DNA of 53,943 nucleotides from a virus (IMGVR_UViG_3300020045_008102:1-53943); one strand, 5' to 3'. Counted from the stretch's first letter, positions 37,507 to 47,547 are shown. The notes: generated by a model from the sequence alone, not told the origin. Numbers and translations: made by a program.

Positions 37507-37543
37507 TTGACCTTACCTACTATATATAGTACGGTACTATATA
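37507..37543 (+). promoter_or_regulatory. Promoter of the packaging/structural arm with a palindrome over the -10
   Basis: TTGACC-17-TACGGT; TATATAGTAC-G-GTACTATATA palindrome at 37523-37543. Confidence 0.65.
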
Positions 37544-37601
37544 GGATTGAAAAACTATTACCTGTAACCATTTAACCATCTTAAACTGAGAACAAGTCAT
37601 A

Positions 37602-38297
37602 ATGCTTAAAGAGCTTCGTACTCAACATAGAACAATCATTCAGATGGCCTTTAATGGTTACAAGAACAAAGACATTGCTGAGCGAATGGAAATGTCAGAC
37701 TGTACTGTCAGTCAAATCATTCGATCTCCTCTCGGTCAAGCATACCTCGAAGGACTGCAAGATAAATCCCAAGAAGCAACTCTAGACGTCAGAAAGAAAC
37801 TAGTCTCCATGAACAAGTCTGCTCTGAGTGTACTTGAGCGAATCATGAATCCTGCTGAAAAAGCACCTCACAGCGTTCAGCTAACTGCCGCAAAAGATGT
37901 ACTTGACCGCACAGGCTACAAAGCTCCTGATCGCTTGCATGTCGATATGACCATGACGACTAAGACCGACCAAGAGATCGAATCAGAAATTCTTGCCATG
38001 CAAGAAAGTATCAATAAAACATACCTGCAATCTCCAGGAAAAGTAACTTCCGAAAAACAAAATGTGCTGTTCACTGATGAACAACCAGAACAAGAATTTG
38101 AAACTTTAGATCAAGAAACAAATTTAGATGATGAAGATATGGATTCTTCCGGCACACTTATTAACTCCTGTAAAAGTAGTGAACAAGATGTACCGTTTGA
38201 TTTTGACGACATTCTCCTGAATTCTCATTCTTCATCAACGTCGGAAGAATCCATATCTTTGTTATCTAAATTACCAGCTGGAATTTTTCAAAATTAA
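37602..38297 (+). CDS. terS: Terminase small subunit
   Basis: N-terminal HTH, AAKDVLDRTG motif, directly upstream of terL. Confidence 0.75.
   Translation: MLKELRTQHRTIIQMAFNGYKNKDIAERMEMSDCTVSQIIRSPLGQAYLEGLQDKSQEATLDVRKKLVSMNKSALSVLERIMNPAEKAPHSVQLTAAKDVLDRTGYKAPDRLHVDMTMTTKTDQEIESEILAMQESINKTYLQSPGKVTSEKQNVLFTDEQPEQEFETLDQETNLDDEDMDSSGTLINSCKSSEQDVPFDFDDILLNSHSSSTSEESISLLSKLPAGIFQN
38069..38082. promoter_or_regulatory. GTTCA-N4-TGAAC palindrome, copy 6 (inside the terS acidic tail)
   Basis: GTTCActgaTGAAC. Confidence 0.6.
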
Positions 38298-39811
38298 TGC
38301 AGGAACTTAGCCAAAATATTATTCCTTCACCAGAGCAAATCTCAATAGACATATCTACGCTGAATAGAGATCAGAAGGAACAATATCTTAAGTTACTAAA
38401 AGAAAAGTCAGCCAGAATCAGACAAAATAGAATCATCCAATATTATCCAGAAACTGGATTACTTAGTCGCCATAATTATCCAAAACATATGGCGTTCTTT
38501 GAAGCAGGAGCATCCTTTCCAGAACGTTGCATTATGGCTGCCAATCGCATAGGCAAGTCTGAGGGAATTGGCGCATATGAAATGACCTTACACCTAACAG
38601 GCCGTTATCCTGATTGGTGGAAAGGTCATCGCTTTACTCAACCAGTAACTGCTTGGGCTTGCGGAACAACTAGTACAACTGCCCGTGATATTGTTCAGTT
38701 TAAACTTGTTGGAACACCTGAAGAACATGGAACAGGACTTATACCTGAAAAGTACATCCTTAAAACCACGCCTCGTGCGGGTGGTGTACCAAATGCAATT
38801 GACACAATCTTAGTTCAACATATCTCTGGCGGAATTAGTCGATGCAAAATCAAGTCATATGCTGAAGGCAGAAAGTCTTTCGAAGGTACTGAGCAAGACA
38901 TAATTTGGCTGGACGAGGAATGCCCGTTAGACATTTATACAGAATGCTTGACCAGAACCATGACAACGAATGGTCTGATCATGTTAACCTTTACACCACT
39001 TGCAGGACTCACTGAAACAGTTTTACAGTTTATGCCTGAAGGCAAAATCGAAGAACATCAAGAAGGTTCTCGGTTCTTGATTCAGGCAACTTGGGATGAT
39101 GCACCACATTTAACTGCTGAACAAAAAGATAAGCTCTTCGCAGCTCTTCCACCACATCAGCGAGAAGCAAGATCTAAAGGTGTCCCTCAACTAGGATCTG
39201 GTGCAATATATCCGATCCTTGAGTCAAACATCGTAGTAAGTGATTTTCCTATTCCTGATCACTGGAAAAAAGCTTATGCTCTTGATGTTGGTTGGAAAAA
39301 GACTGCCTGCCTTTGGGGTGCAACTGATCCAACAAGTGGCATAACATTCCTTTATTCAGAATACTACCAAGGAATGGCTGAACCTGTGATTCATGCTGAA
39401 GGAATCAAAGCTCGTGGTTTCTGGATTCCAGGAGTTATAGATAGTGCTGCACATGGGAGAAGTCAAGAAGATGGAAAGCAACTATTCGAGATCTACATGA
39501 CTCTTGGTTTAGATATAACTAATGCAAACAAGTCCATTGAGTCAGGTCTTTATAAAACTTGGCAAATGCTTGCAACAGGAAAGTTAAAGATCTTTGGATC
39601 ACTGATCAATTTGCTTTCTGAATTTCGTATCTATCGTCGCGATGAGAATGGTCAAATAGTCAAAGATCGAGATCATTTGATGGACTGCATGCGTTACTTA
39701 GTTATGTCTGGGCTTGATCGTGCAATTGCTATGCCATATTGGGAGCACATGGCTTGGGAAGAGTCAGAAATTTATAATGAATCAGAAACAAACCATGTTA
39801 CAGGTTATTAA
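38297..39811 (+). CDS. terL: Terminase large subunit (P22-like)
   Basis: MAANRIGKS, IWLDEE, LTFTP, ALDVG, DHLMDCMRY. Confidence 0.95.
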   Translation: MQELSQNIIPSPEQISIDISTLNRDQKEQYLKLLKEKSARIRQNRIIQYYPETGLLSRHNYPKHMAFFEAGASFPERCIMAANRIGKSEGIGAYEMTLHLTGRYPDWWKGHRFTQPVTAWACGTTSTTARDIVQFKLVGTPEEHGTGLIPEKYILKTTPRAGGVPNAIDTILVQHISGGISRCKIKSYAEGRKSFEGTEQDIIWLDEECPLDIYTECLTRTMTTNGLIMLTFTPLAGLTETVLQFMPEGKIEEHQEGSRFLIQATWDDAPHLTAEQKDKLFAALPPHQREARSKGVPQLGSGAIYPILESNIVVSDFPIPDHWKKAYALDVGWKKTACLWGATDPTSGITFLYSEYYQGMAEPVIHAEGIKARGFWIPGVIDSAAHGRSQEDGKQLFEIYMTLGLDITNANKSIESGLYKTWQMLATGKLKIFGSLINLLSEFRIYRRDENGQIVKDRDHLMDCMRYLVMSGLDRAIAMPYWEHMAWEESEIYNESETNHVTGY

Positions 39812-39814
39812 ATA

Positions 39815-40144
39815 ATGTTAATTCATCGACAAAATGAGGGCGAAAAATTATATTTAGGTTTAAATTGGGTGTCAGATGAAATGACTTTCTTTAGTCTTAA
39901 ATTTGTCATTCCTTTCTTTATTTTATATTATAAAAATTATTATGACTTTGATACTGATAATTTTTATTCTGGTTTAAGATGTAATATAATTTACCTTTCT
40001 TTTCGTATTCGTAGATGGAAAAAATTTTCATCAAATATAAAGATATTTATTTGTCATTCATCTTTTGGTTTTAGAGCAATTGGTAAACAACAATTAATAG
40101 CCACTCGAGAATCTTTGTTAGACAGCATTGAACAGGTAAACTAG
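39815..40144 (+). CDS. AT-rich hypothetical protein (moron-like)
   Basis: Very AT-rich ORF between terL and the portal. Confidence 0.5.
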   Translation: MLIHRQNEGEKLYLGLNWVSDEMTFFSLKFVIPFFILYYKNYYDFDTDNFYSGLRCNIIYLSFRIRRWKKFSSNIKIFICHSSFGFRAIGKQQLIATRESLLDSIEQVN

Positions 40145-40174
40145 GTTCCTGCATAAATCTAGTGTTAAAATCCT

Positions 40175-40360
40175 TTGGAGGTAAAACCCATGGAAAAAAG
40201 AATTGACGTAGCAATAAAAGTATTAGCAGAAAGAATCACTAAAGATGTAAAGCCTGATGATGCATTAAAACTTACTCAAGCAGCGTCAAATCTTGCTCAT
40301 GTGTTAGTAATTAATGCAGAAATTAAAAAAATGCAAAAAGAGTTACTCGGACTTAAGTAA
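40175..40360 (+). CDS. Hypothetical protein
   Basis: Probable start MEKRID after GGAGG. Confidence 0.6.
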   Translation: MEVKPMEKRIDVAIKVLAERITKDVKPDDALKLTQAASNLAHVLVINAEIKKMQKELLGLK

Positions 40361-42549
40361 TGGCAATAAATCAAACCTATGAATTTCCTGTAACAATGGA
40401 GGGCGAAGCCCGACCTGATGGGGTCCAAGAGAGTAATCCATTGCCTAATCAGGAAATATCTAATATTTCTGGCATTCCACAAATTTGGGTTTCTGAGCAA
40501 CCAGTTGAAGACATCATTAATGAAGCAAATCAACCTGCTGATCAAGAACTTGAAAAGGCAATTGAAAAAGAAGTTCTTCGGGCTGAAGCATTAGTTCTTG
40601 TTGCTAACATTGCAGATCAGCAAAAACCAGAAGTTATTTCTGATATCACAACTAAATCAATCGAAGGTTATAAGATTGATCTCGCTTCTCGTGCAGAATG
40701 GGAATCTCTAAATTTACAAATCATTGATCTTGCTAAGCTTCATGTTAAGAAGAAAACTTATGCTGGCGAAGTTGTAGCAAACGTTAAGTATCCATTAATC
40801 ATTAATGCTTGCATACAATTTGCTTCACGTGCATATCCAGAGTTAATCAAAGGTAACAATGTAGTTAGGGGTAAAGTAATTGGCGCTGATCCAACTGGAG
40901 CGAAACTTGAAAAGTCTCAGCGCATCAGTGAGTTCATGTCATTCCAGCTTCTTTCTCATATGGATGGTTGGGAAGAAGGTGTAGATCAACTGCTGTTTAC
41001 ACTTCCTGCAATTGGATGTGCTTTTAAGAAGAGTTACTTTGATAGTATCGAACGAAAGAATATCTCAAGCCTGGTCTTTGCTGCTGATTTGGTTGTAAAT
41101 TATTTTGCTGAATCTCTTGAACGAGCACCACGAATCACACATAGAATCTTTTTATATCATAATGAAATTGTAGAACGAATAACTTCAGGTACGTTTATAA
41201 AGTTTGATATTGCGTCACTTGGGCAGGCAACATCTGACAAAACTTCTGATGTAGATGATGAAACTCCACATTTATTTCTTGAGCAGCATCGCTGGTATGA
41301 TCTTGATGGTGATGGCTATCAGGAACCTTATATTGTAACGATTCATGCACAGACAGAAAAGCTTGTCAGAATTTCACCTCGATGGGCGTCAGACGGAGTA
41401 ATCAGGACAAATACTGCACAAGGCATCCAAGATCCTAATGGTGCAATAGTTAAGATTATCCCTGAGCAGTATTTTACTCGCTACCTTTTCATGCCAGCTA
41501 TTGATGGTGGATTTTATGGTATGGGTTTTGGCAGCCTGCTAATGAGTACAAACAGTGCTATCAACACACTGCTGAATCAGCTGATTGATGCTGGAACACT
41601 TAGCAATCGCCAGTCAGGATTTCTTGGACGAGGGCTGAAACTTGGGCGTGGTAAATCAATTCAACTGAAGTCTGGTGAATGGAAACCAGTTGATGTTACA
41701 GGTGATGATCTGCGGAAGAATGTTTTTCCAATGCCAGTTAGAGAACCAAGTACAACACTGTTTCAATTGCTTGGATTAATGATTGAAAGTGGAAAAGAAC
41801 TTGCTGGAATGACAGAAATTCTAGCTGGCAATTCTCCAGGTGCAAATGTACCTGCAGAAAGTGTCCTTGCACTTATTGAACAAGGTTTGCAAGTTTATTC
41901 AGCAGTTCATAAACGTATTCATCGCGCACAATATAAAGAGTTTAAAAAGATTAAAAGATTAAATGCACTTTATCTTGATCAGATGACTTACGGTCTTGTG
42001 TTAGATAATGTTCAAGCAATTGTTCAAGCAGATTTTTCTAGTTCTGATTTTGACATTGAGCCAGTAAGTGATCCAAATGCTACAACGATGGTTCAGAGAT
42101 TGTTGAAAGCTAAAGCACTTCTTGATCTTCGTAAACAAGGACTGGATGATAAAGAGATTTTACGCAGATATTTAATTGCACTGGATATTGAGGATATTGA
42201 AAAATTCTTTCCTGCAGAAGAAGTTGGAGCGCAGGAAAAAGAATTGACTATGCAGAAAATGCAACTTGAGCTTGAAGAATCAAAAGCTAAGATTGCTAAG
42301 ATAATGGCTGAAGTTGAAAAGATTCGTGCAGAAATTCCTCATGCAGAAGTTAAACAAGCAAAAGATGTTGCAGGAATAGCGAATGATTCTAGAAAACTTG
42401 ATCTTGAAGAAGCGTCAGTAGCAAATCAGATTGAACTTGGACGAACTCAGATGAGTATTAGTAAAGCACCTGAAGGAATCACTGAAAGTACAGCAAAGAG
42501 AGAATATGGTTTAGAGACTAACAATCAAGGAGAAGTAGATAATGATTAG
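40360..42549 (+). CDS. Portal protein
   Basis: 729 aa after terL; ANVKYPL, G.AFKKSY, EQHRW.DLDGDG, LLNQLIDAGTL; coiled-coil C-terminus. Confidence 0.88.
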   Translation: MAINQTYEFPVTMEGEARPDGVQESNPLPNQEISNISGIPQIWVSEQPVEDIINEANQPADQELEKAIEKEVLRAEALVLVANIADQQKPEVISDITTKSIEGYKIDLASRAEWESLNLQIIDLAKLHVKKKTYAGEVVANVKYPLIINACIQFASRAYPELIKGNNVVRGKVIGADPTGAKLEKSQRISEFMSFQLLSHMDGWEEGVDQLLFTLPAIGCAFKKSYFDSIERKNISSLVFAADLVVNYFAESLERAPRITHRIFLYHNEIVERITSGTFIKFDIASLGQATSDKTSDVDDETPHLFLEQHRWYDLDGDGYQEPYIVTIHAQTEKLVRISPRWASDGVIRTNTAQGIQDPNGAIVKIIPEQYFTRYLFMPAIDGGFYGMGFGSLLMSTNSAINTLLNQLIDAGTLSNRQSGFLGRGLKLGRGKSIQLKSGEWKPVDVTGDDLRKNVFPMPVREPSTTLFQLLGLMIESGKELAGMTEILAGNSPGANVPAESVLALIEQGLQVYSAVHKRIHRAQYKEFKKIKRLNALYLDQMTYGLVLDNVQAIVQADFSSSDFDIEPVSDPNATTMVQRLLKAKALLDLRKQGLDDKEILRRYLIALDIEDIEKFFPAEEVGAQEKELTMQKMQLELEESKAKIAKIMAEVEKIRAEIPHAEVKQAKDVAGIANDSRKLDLEEASVANQIELGRTQMSISKAPEGITESTAKREYGLETNNQGEVDND

Positions 42550-42793
42550 TGCAGAACAGTTTGCGGAATGGAAAGAGCATCCAGTGACAAAAGAGATTTT
42601 TGCAGAGCTTAGGAAAGTAAAAGAATCTATTAAAGATCAGTTAGCAAATGGAAATACTATTGGTGGAGATGCAGAAGCTACGCATGGTTTTACTAATAGA
42701 GCAATAGGTCAATTAGATGGTATTGATCAGTTGCTGAATATTCATTATGCTGCGATAGAAGAACAAGAAGAAGTTAATCAAGATGGTTACTAG
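42542..42793 (+). CDS. Small portal-associated hypothetical protein
   Basis: F.EW..HPVTK pattern; overlaps the portal stop. Confidence 0.7.
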   Translation: MISAEQFAEWKEHPVTKEIFAELRKVKESIKDQLANGNTIGGDAEATHGFTNRAIGQLDGIDQLLNIHYAAIEEQEEVNQDGY

Positions 42794-42838
42794 GGTAAGT
42801 TATGATATAAACCATTGTTTCATATTGCATAATGGTTT

Positions 42839-43063
42839 TTGTTAAGTATAAGGATATTAGATAAAATGCTAATAGGAATGAAGGTAAGACATCGTAAGGA
42901 TGATTGCAACAAAGAATGGGTAGGGCATATAGTTTCTAAACCTGAAAGAGTACTAGATAGGGCAGGTAGGGTTGAATACGAATTCTTAGTATTACGGGAT
43001 AACGGTGAAATTGTAGTTCGTAACAATCATCAAATGACCGTTATTGAGAGTAAACTTAAATGA
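42839..43063 (+). CDS. Hypothetical protein
   Basis: SH3-like IGMKVRH pattern. Confidence 0.45.
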   Translation: MLSIRILDKMLIGMKVRHRKDDCNKEWVGHIVSKPERVLDRAGRVEYEFLVLRDNGEIVVRNNHQMTVIESKLK

Positions 43064-43128
43064 ATATATTAAGAGTGGTTATTAAGTTAAGGTAAGTTAT
43101 TAAAACATTTATTTAAAAGGGTAATATT

Positions 43129-43455
43129 ATGGAAGAACAAGATATTAATCAATCTGGAATAATTCCTACTGGTGGGCACTTATTAGTAATGCCTGATAAG
43201 GTAGAAGAAATGACAGCTGGTGGAATTTACATTCCTAAAACATCTCAGGACAAAGAGCAAATGGCTGCTACAGTTGGAACTCTAGTCGCTGTTGGTTCTG
43301 GTGCATGGGCTGATATTGATGATGGTTCTCCTTGGGCTGCAGTTGGTGATAAGGTGAGTTATGCACGATATGCTGGAGTTTCTATGGTAGGCCAGGATAA
43401 GGAAACTTATGTATTGATTAATGATAATGATGTTCTTGCAAAATTACTTTTTTAA
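43129..43455 (+). CDS. groES: Co-chaperonin GroES (Cpn10)
   Basis: P.G..LLV, TAGGIYIP, GTLVAVG.G, VGDKV.YARYAG, Y.LIND.DVLA. Confidence 0.92.
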   Translation: MEEQDINQSGIIPTGGHLLVMPDKVEEMTAGGIYIPKTSQDKEQMAATVGTLVAVGSGAWADIDDGSPWAAVGDKVSYARYAGVSMVGQDKETYVLINDNDVLAKLLF

Positions 43456-43464
43456 ATAGGTGTT

Positions 43465-44400
43465 ATGATGGCAGAAGATTTTATTGATGATATTATTGCA
43501 ACTCCAGCGGATGTTAAGTTAGAAGCTGATATGGTAGCTGTGCTTAAAGATGTTACTGGTGAAAAAGCTCCTGAGAACAAGCCAACCGTAACAATGGGCA
43601 GCTCTGCTGCCCTCGATGTAGCCCAGGATGTAAAAGTTAAAGGTAATGATCTGCCTGATGTTAAGGAACTTGCTACACAATTAGGTTGGCGTGAAGATCA
43701 TACTGGTGATGATGCAGTAGATGCAGTTACGTATATTCTGCGCTCGAAAGATATTCAAAAATCAATGAGTCAGCATAACAAGGACTTGAAGGAACAACTT
43801 CAAGCTTTGAATAGTTCTGTTAGTGCGTTGAAATCGCATAATGAAAGTGTTTATAAAGCTGAAGTAAAGAAGCTTGAGGCCGAAGTTACTGCTTTGAAAA
43901 AAGAACGCCGAGAAGCTATTGAATTGGCTGACGTAGATAAAGTGGAAGAGCTTGATAAGCAGATTGATGAAAAGCAAAAAGATATTGATAAACCAAAAGC
44001 TGAAGATACGAAACCAAGTACTGTTAATGCTAATCCTGTTTATGATGCCTGGATAAAAGACAATGCCTGGTATCTTGAAGATGATGCTATGGCAAAGTTT
44101 GCTGATACTGTTGCTCAGCAATATGCAGGTGCACCACTTGAGCGAATTTATGCTGTAGTCAGGATTAAGGTTCAGGAAGTTTTTCCTGAAAAGTTTACTT
44201 CAACAAAAACGCCTGATCCAGTTAAAACTCCGATAGGGCCGAAAAGTCCTGTTGAAGGATCTTCTGTAAAAGGAAATAATACACCTTTTACTAAAGCTGA
44301 TTTAACACCTGATCAGCAGCAAATTATGAGTCAGTTTGTTCGTGGCGGCATTATGACAGAAGAACAATATATTAATGATATTGCAAAAATGCAAGAATAG
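43465..44400 (+). CDS. Capsid scaffolding protein
   Basis: Charged coiled coil, W...N.W motif, located between portal and capsid genes. Confidence 0.75.
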   Translation: MMAEDFIDDIIATPADVKLEADMVAVLKDVTGEKAPENKPTVTMGSSAALDVAQDVKVKGNDLPDVKELATQLGWREDHTGDDAVDAVTYILRSKDIQKSMSQHNKDLKEQLQALNSSVSALKSHNESVYKAEVKKLEAEVTALKKERREAIELADVDKVEELDKQIDEKQKDIDKPKAEDTKPSTVNANPVYDAWIKDNAWYLEDDAMAKFADTVAQQYAGAPLERIYAVVRIKVQEVFPEKFTSTKTPDPVKTPIGPKSPVEGSSVKGNNTPFTKADLTPDQQQIMSQFVRGGIMTEEQYINDIAKMQE

Positions 44401-44411
44401 GAGAAAAGAGA

Positions 44412-44822
44412 ATGAGTGAGTTAGAGCAAACAAAGGGCGTTACTGGTGAGTCACCTAGAAAGAGAGTTCCTCTTGGTACACGGAATATTTTAACTGCACC
44501 GAAAAAGCCCGGATTCGTGCGCCGGTTTGTAAAAGATGTTGGGGATCGTATTCAGAACTTTAAAGATGCTAGTTGGATTGTTGCTACTGATGTTAATAAA
44601 GTAGGTGATGATAAAATTGGCAAACCTTCTTTACTTGGAAGTATGGCAAATCCACATACTGGAGGTGGTACACGCTGTGTATTAATGGAAATCCCCGAAG
44701 AGATTTTTAATGCTGATAGAGCAGCATCCCAGGCTAATATTACTAAAGTTGAAAATGAGATTAAGAGAAAATCTAAAACTCCTGGTAAAGATGGTTTGGA
44801 TGGCGAAGTAAGTATTTCATAA
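44412..44822 (+). CDS. Head-region hypothetical protein
   Basis: PGFVRRFV.D...RI...W...VLMEIP; GGAG RBS. Confidence 0.7.
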   Translation: MSELEQTKGVTGESPRKRVPLGTRNILTAPKKPGFVRRFVKDVGDRIQNFKDASWIVATDVNKVGDDKIGKPSLLGSMANPHTGGGTRCVLMEIPEEIFNADRAASQANITKVENEIKRKSKTPGKDGLDGEVSIS

Positions 44823-44848
44823 ATTATTAATTTTAATGGAGTTATATT

Positions 44849-45439
44849 ATGGCAAATCTTGATACTCCATTCGGGTTTAAACCAGTTAAGCACTTGCTGG
44901 GTATGCCCTGGAATGGAAAAGTAAGTACGTATTATGTGCCTGTTGGAAATCAGACCGCGATTTTTAAGGGTGATGCAGTTAAGAGTGATGGTACTGCAGA
45001 TGCAACTGGTAAGTTTCCATCAATTACTCAGGCAGCTGCTGGTGATCTCATTCGTGGTGTTGTTGTAGGTTTTGGTGATAATCCTTATACGATGACTCAT
45101 CCTGATACTCCAATGCGCGATTATTGTCCTGCTACTACTGCAATGTATGCATTTGTAGTTGATGATCCTTTTGTAATCTTTGAAATTCAAGAAGATAGTG
45201 GTGGTGCAGCTCTTGCAGTTACAGCGATTGGGCTTTCTACTAATGTTGTTGTAGGTTCTGGTAGTACTGCTACTGGAAAGTCTGCAATGGAACTTGATTC
45301 AAGTGATACAGGGACTGACGGTACTGGTCAGTGTAAGCTTTTGCGTGTCGTTGATCGCGAGGATAATGCACTTGGGGATCAATGTAAGTGGGAAGTTCTC
45401 ATTGTTGAGCATGAACTGTTAGTTGCAACTGACGTATAA
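44849..45439 (+). CDS. Capsid decoration/cement-like structural protein
   Basis: MAN.D.PFGFKPV, IFKGD.V, V.DDP.V.FEIQ; directly before the major capsid gene. Confidence 0.7.
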   Translation: MANLDTPFGFKPVKHLLGMPWNGKVSTYYVPVGNQTAIFKGDAVKSDGTADATGKFPSITQAAAGDLIRGVVVGFGDNPYTMTHPDTPMRDYCPATTAMYAFVVDDPFVIFEIQEDSGGAALAVTAIGLSTNVVVGSGSTATGKSAMELDSSDTGTDGTGQCKLLRVVDREDNALGDQCKWEVLIVEHELLVATDV

Positions 45440-45450
45440 GGAGATAAATA

Positions 45451-46374
45451 ATGGGAATTATTACAACTAGTAATTTTGCTAAAGATTTGGTTCCAGGTGT
45501 AAAGACCTGGTTTGGTCAAAAGTATAAAGAGTATCCGATTGAATTTCTGGATATTTTTGAGAAGACTAATTCAACAAAAGCTTTTGAAGAAGAAGCTGGA
45601 GTTACCGGATTTGGTCTGGCTGCTGTTAAGACTGAGGGTGCTGGCGTTGCTTATGATGAGCAGGAGCAGGGATTCGTTAGTCGTTATACTCATGTAACAT
45701 ATGGTCTCGGGTTTATTATTACTCGTGAGATGTATGAGGATGGTATTGCGGTTACTGTTGCCTTGCGTCGTGCAAGTGCTCTTGCGTTCTCGATTCGTCA
45801 GACCAAGGAAATGGTTGGCGCGAATGTTCTGAATCGTGCATTTAACTCGTCTTATACTATGGGAGCTAATTCTGATGGTAAGGAGCTTTGTGCTACTGAT
45901 CATCCTAATAAGTCTGGCGGTACTTGGCGAAATGAGCTTGCAACCGCTGCTGATTTGAGTGAGGCTGCTCTTGAACAGGCATGTATTGATATTGGTGCAT
46001 TTAAGACTGATCGTGGTTTGACGATTGCTATTATGCCACAGAAGTTGATTATTCCAGCTGCTTTAGAGTTTGATGCATTTAGGATTCTTGAGTCTATTGG
46101 ACAGTCTGGTAATGCGCAGAATGACATTAATGCTTTGAGAGCTTCTAAGAAGTTCCCTCAAGGTGTTAAGGTCAATCATTATTTGACTGATGCTGATGCC
46201 TGGTTTATTGGGACGAATTGTCCTGATGGACTTAAGTACATGGAGCGTCGTGCTGATGCATTCGGTACTGAGAATGATTTTGATACTGAGAATGCGAAGT
46301 TCAAAGCTACATTCCGTGGAAGTTTTGGTTGGTCTGATCCTCGAGGAATTTTTGGTTCACCTGGTGCAGCATAA
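45451..46374 (+). CDS. Major capsid protein
   Basis: 307 aa; S.KAFEEE...GFG.A..K.EG, LSEAALE, P.KLIIP, NHYLTD.DAWF, SFGWSDPRG.FGSPG. Confidence 0.9.
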   Translation: MGIITTSNFAKDLVPGVKTWFGQKYKEYPIEFLDIFEKTNSTKAFEEEAGVTGFGLAAVKTEGAGVAYDEQEQGFVSRYTHVTYGLGFIITREMYEDGIAVTVALRRASALAFSIRQTKEMVGANVLNRAFNSSYTMGANSDGKELCATDHPNKSGGTWRNELATAADLSEAALEQACIDIGAFKTDRGLTIAIMPQKLIIPAALEFDAFRILESIGQSGNAQNDINALRASKKFPQGVKVNHYLTDADAWFIGTNCPDGLKYMERRADAFGTENDFDTENAKFKATFRGSFGWSDPRGIFGSPGAA

Positions 46375-46384
46375 CTAATCGTTT

Positions 46385-46398
46385 GTTCATAAGTGAAC
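46385..46398. promoter_or_regulatory. GTTCA-N4-TGAAC palindrome, copy 7
   Basis: GTTCAtaagTGAAC; 17 bp identical to copy 4. Confidence 0.65.
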
Positions 46399-46420
46399 GA
46401 CTAAACTGATTTTAATACTG

Positions 46421-46448
46421 GTGTCGGGAGAAACCAATCTCCCGGCAC
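46421..46448 (+). terminator. Stem-loop after the major capsid gene (no U tail)
   Basis: GTGTCGGGAGA/TCTCCCGGCAC. Confidence 0.55.
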
Positions 46449-46462
46449 TGCTCTGAAAAGGA

Positions 46463-47446
46463 GTGGTAAAAATGGGTTTAACAAATTATCCAAATGGTAT
46501 TTCAAGTTTTGGGATGCCTCTGTATGGAAATGGTATTCCGGCTACTGAAGGATCTGTTTATTTTGTCGATTATGGTAGTGGTTCTGATGGAGTAAGTAAT
46601 AAATCAAACTCACTCAATAGGCCTTTTAAAACTATTGATAAAGCATTAAATCTTGTAACTACAAACAAGAATGATGTAATTTGTCTTCTTGGAAATACAA
46701 CTCATACTTTGACTGAAATGCTGTCAGTTTCTAAGAATAGAGTTCATTTTGTAGGTCTTGATGCTAGTTCTCGTTATTACGGACAAAATGCAAAAGTTTC
46801 TCTCGGAGTAACTACTGCTGCAACAGATATTGGAACAATTAGTAATACAGGTATTCGAAATACTTTCAAAAATATTAAATTTATTAATGAGAATACAGTA
46901 GATGAAGGTATTTATTGTTTCGTTGATGGTGGAGAATATACGGTAATTGATGGTTGCGAGATTTATAAATCTACTGATCTCGATGTTACTGGTGCTTCTG
47001 AACTTGTAATGAATGGTGATAGTTCATTAGTAATTAATTCTACTATTGGTTCTAACGTGAATGCCACTACTGGAGCTATTGTTAGAGCGAATGTTTTGTT
47101 TACTGCAGGATTAGCTGGTGCAGGAAAAGTTGCACGCGATGTGACTTTTGAAAACTGTCGATTTTTGTCAAAAGCAGGTCATATAAATAATCGTTTTATG
47201 TATGGAGCAAATGCAACTGATATTGAAAGGATGCTTCATATTAAAGATTGTTTGTTCTTTAATACTAAACTTGCTGCTGCACTTCCTGCCCAGTGTGTAG
47301 CATTTGGTGCTGAACAAACTCAAGGTTTTGTTCTTATTGATAATTGTACTTCCATCAATAATACTAAACTTTCTACTACTACAGGTGTTTATATTAGTGG
47401 TGCTGTACCTACTTATGCAACGTCTGGTATTTCTGTAGCAGCTTAA
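46463..47446 (+). CDS. Right-handed beta-helix (pectin-lyase-like) virion protein
   Basis: VYFVD...GSD....S..RPFKTIDKAL.....NDVI, then beta-helix repeats. Confidence 0.75.
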   Translation: MVKMGLTNYPNGISSFGMPLYGNGIPATEGSVYFVDYGSGSDGVSNKSNSLNRPFKTIDKALNLVTTNKNDVICLLGNTTHTLTEMLSVSKNRVHFVGLDASSRYYGQNAKVSLGVTTAATDIGTISNTGIRNTFKNIKFINENTVDEGIYCFVDGGEYTVIDGCEIYKSTDLDVTGASELVMNGDSSLVINSTIGSNVNATTGAIVRANVLFTAGLAGAGKVARDVTFENCRFLSKAGHINNRFMYGANATDIERMLHIKDCLFFNTKLAAALPAQCVAFGAEQTQGFVLIDNCTSINNTKLSTTTGVYISGAVPTYATSGISVAA

Positions 47447-47448
47447 TT

Positions 47449-47508
47449 AAGTAGGTTTAATTTTCTGCAATAATATTAATTTATTATTGCAGGAAGTTAA
47501 GTTTACTT
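47449..47508 (+). terminator. Long intergenic hairpin
   Basis: ~27-bp imperfect inverted repeat with G-U pairs. Confidence 0.6.
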
Positions 47509-47547
47509 GATTATTCAATAAAATAATTAAATTAATTTGGAGAAATT

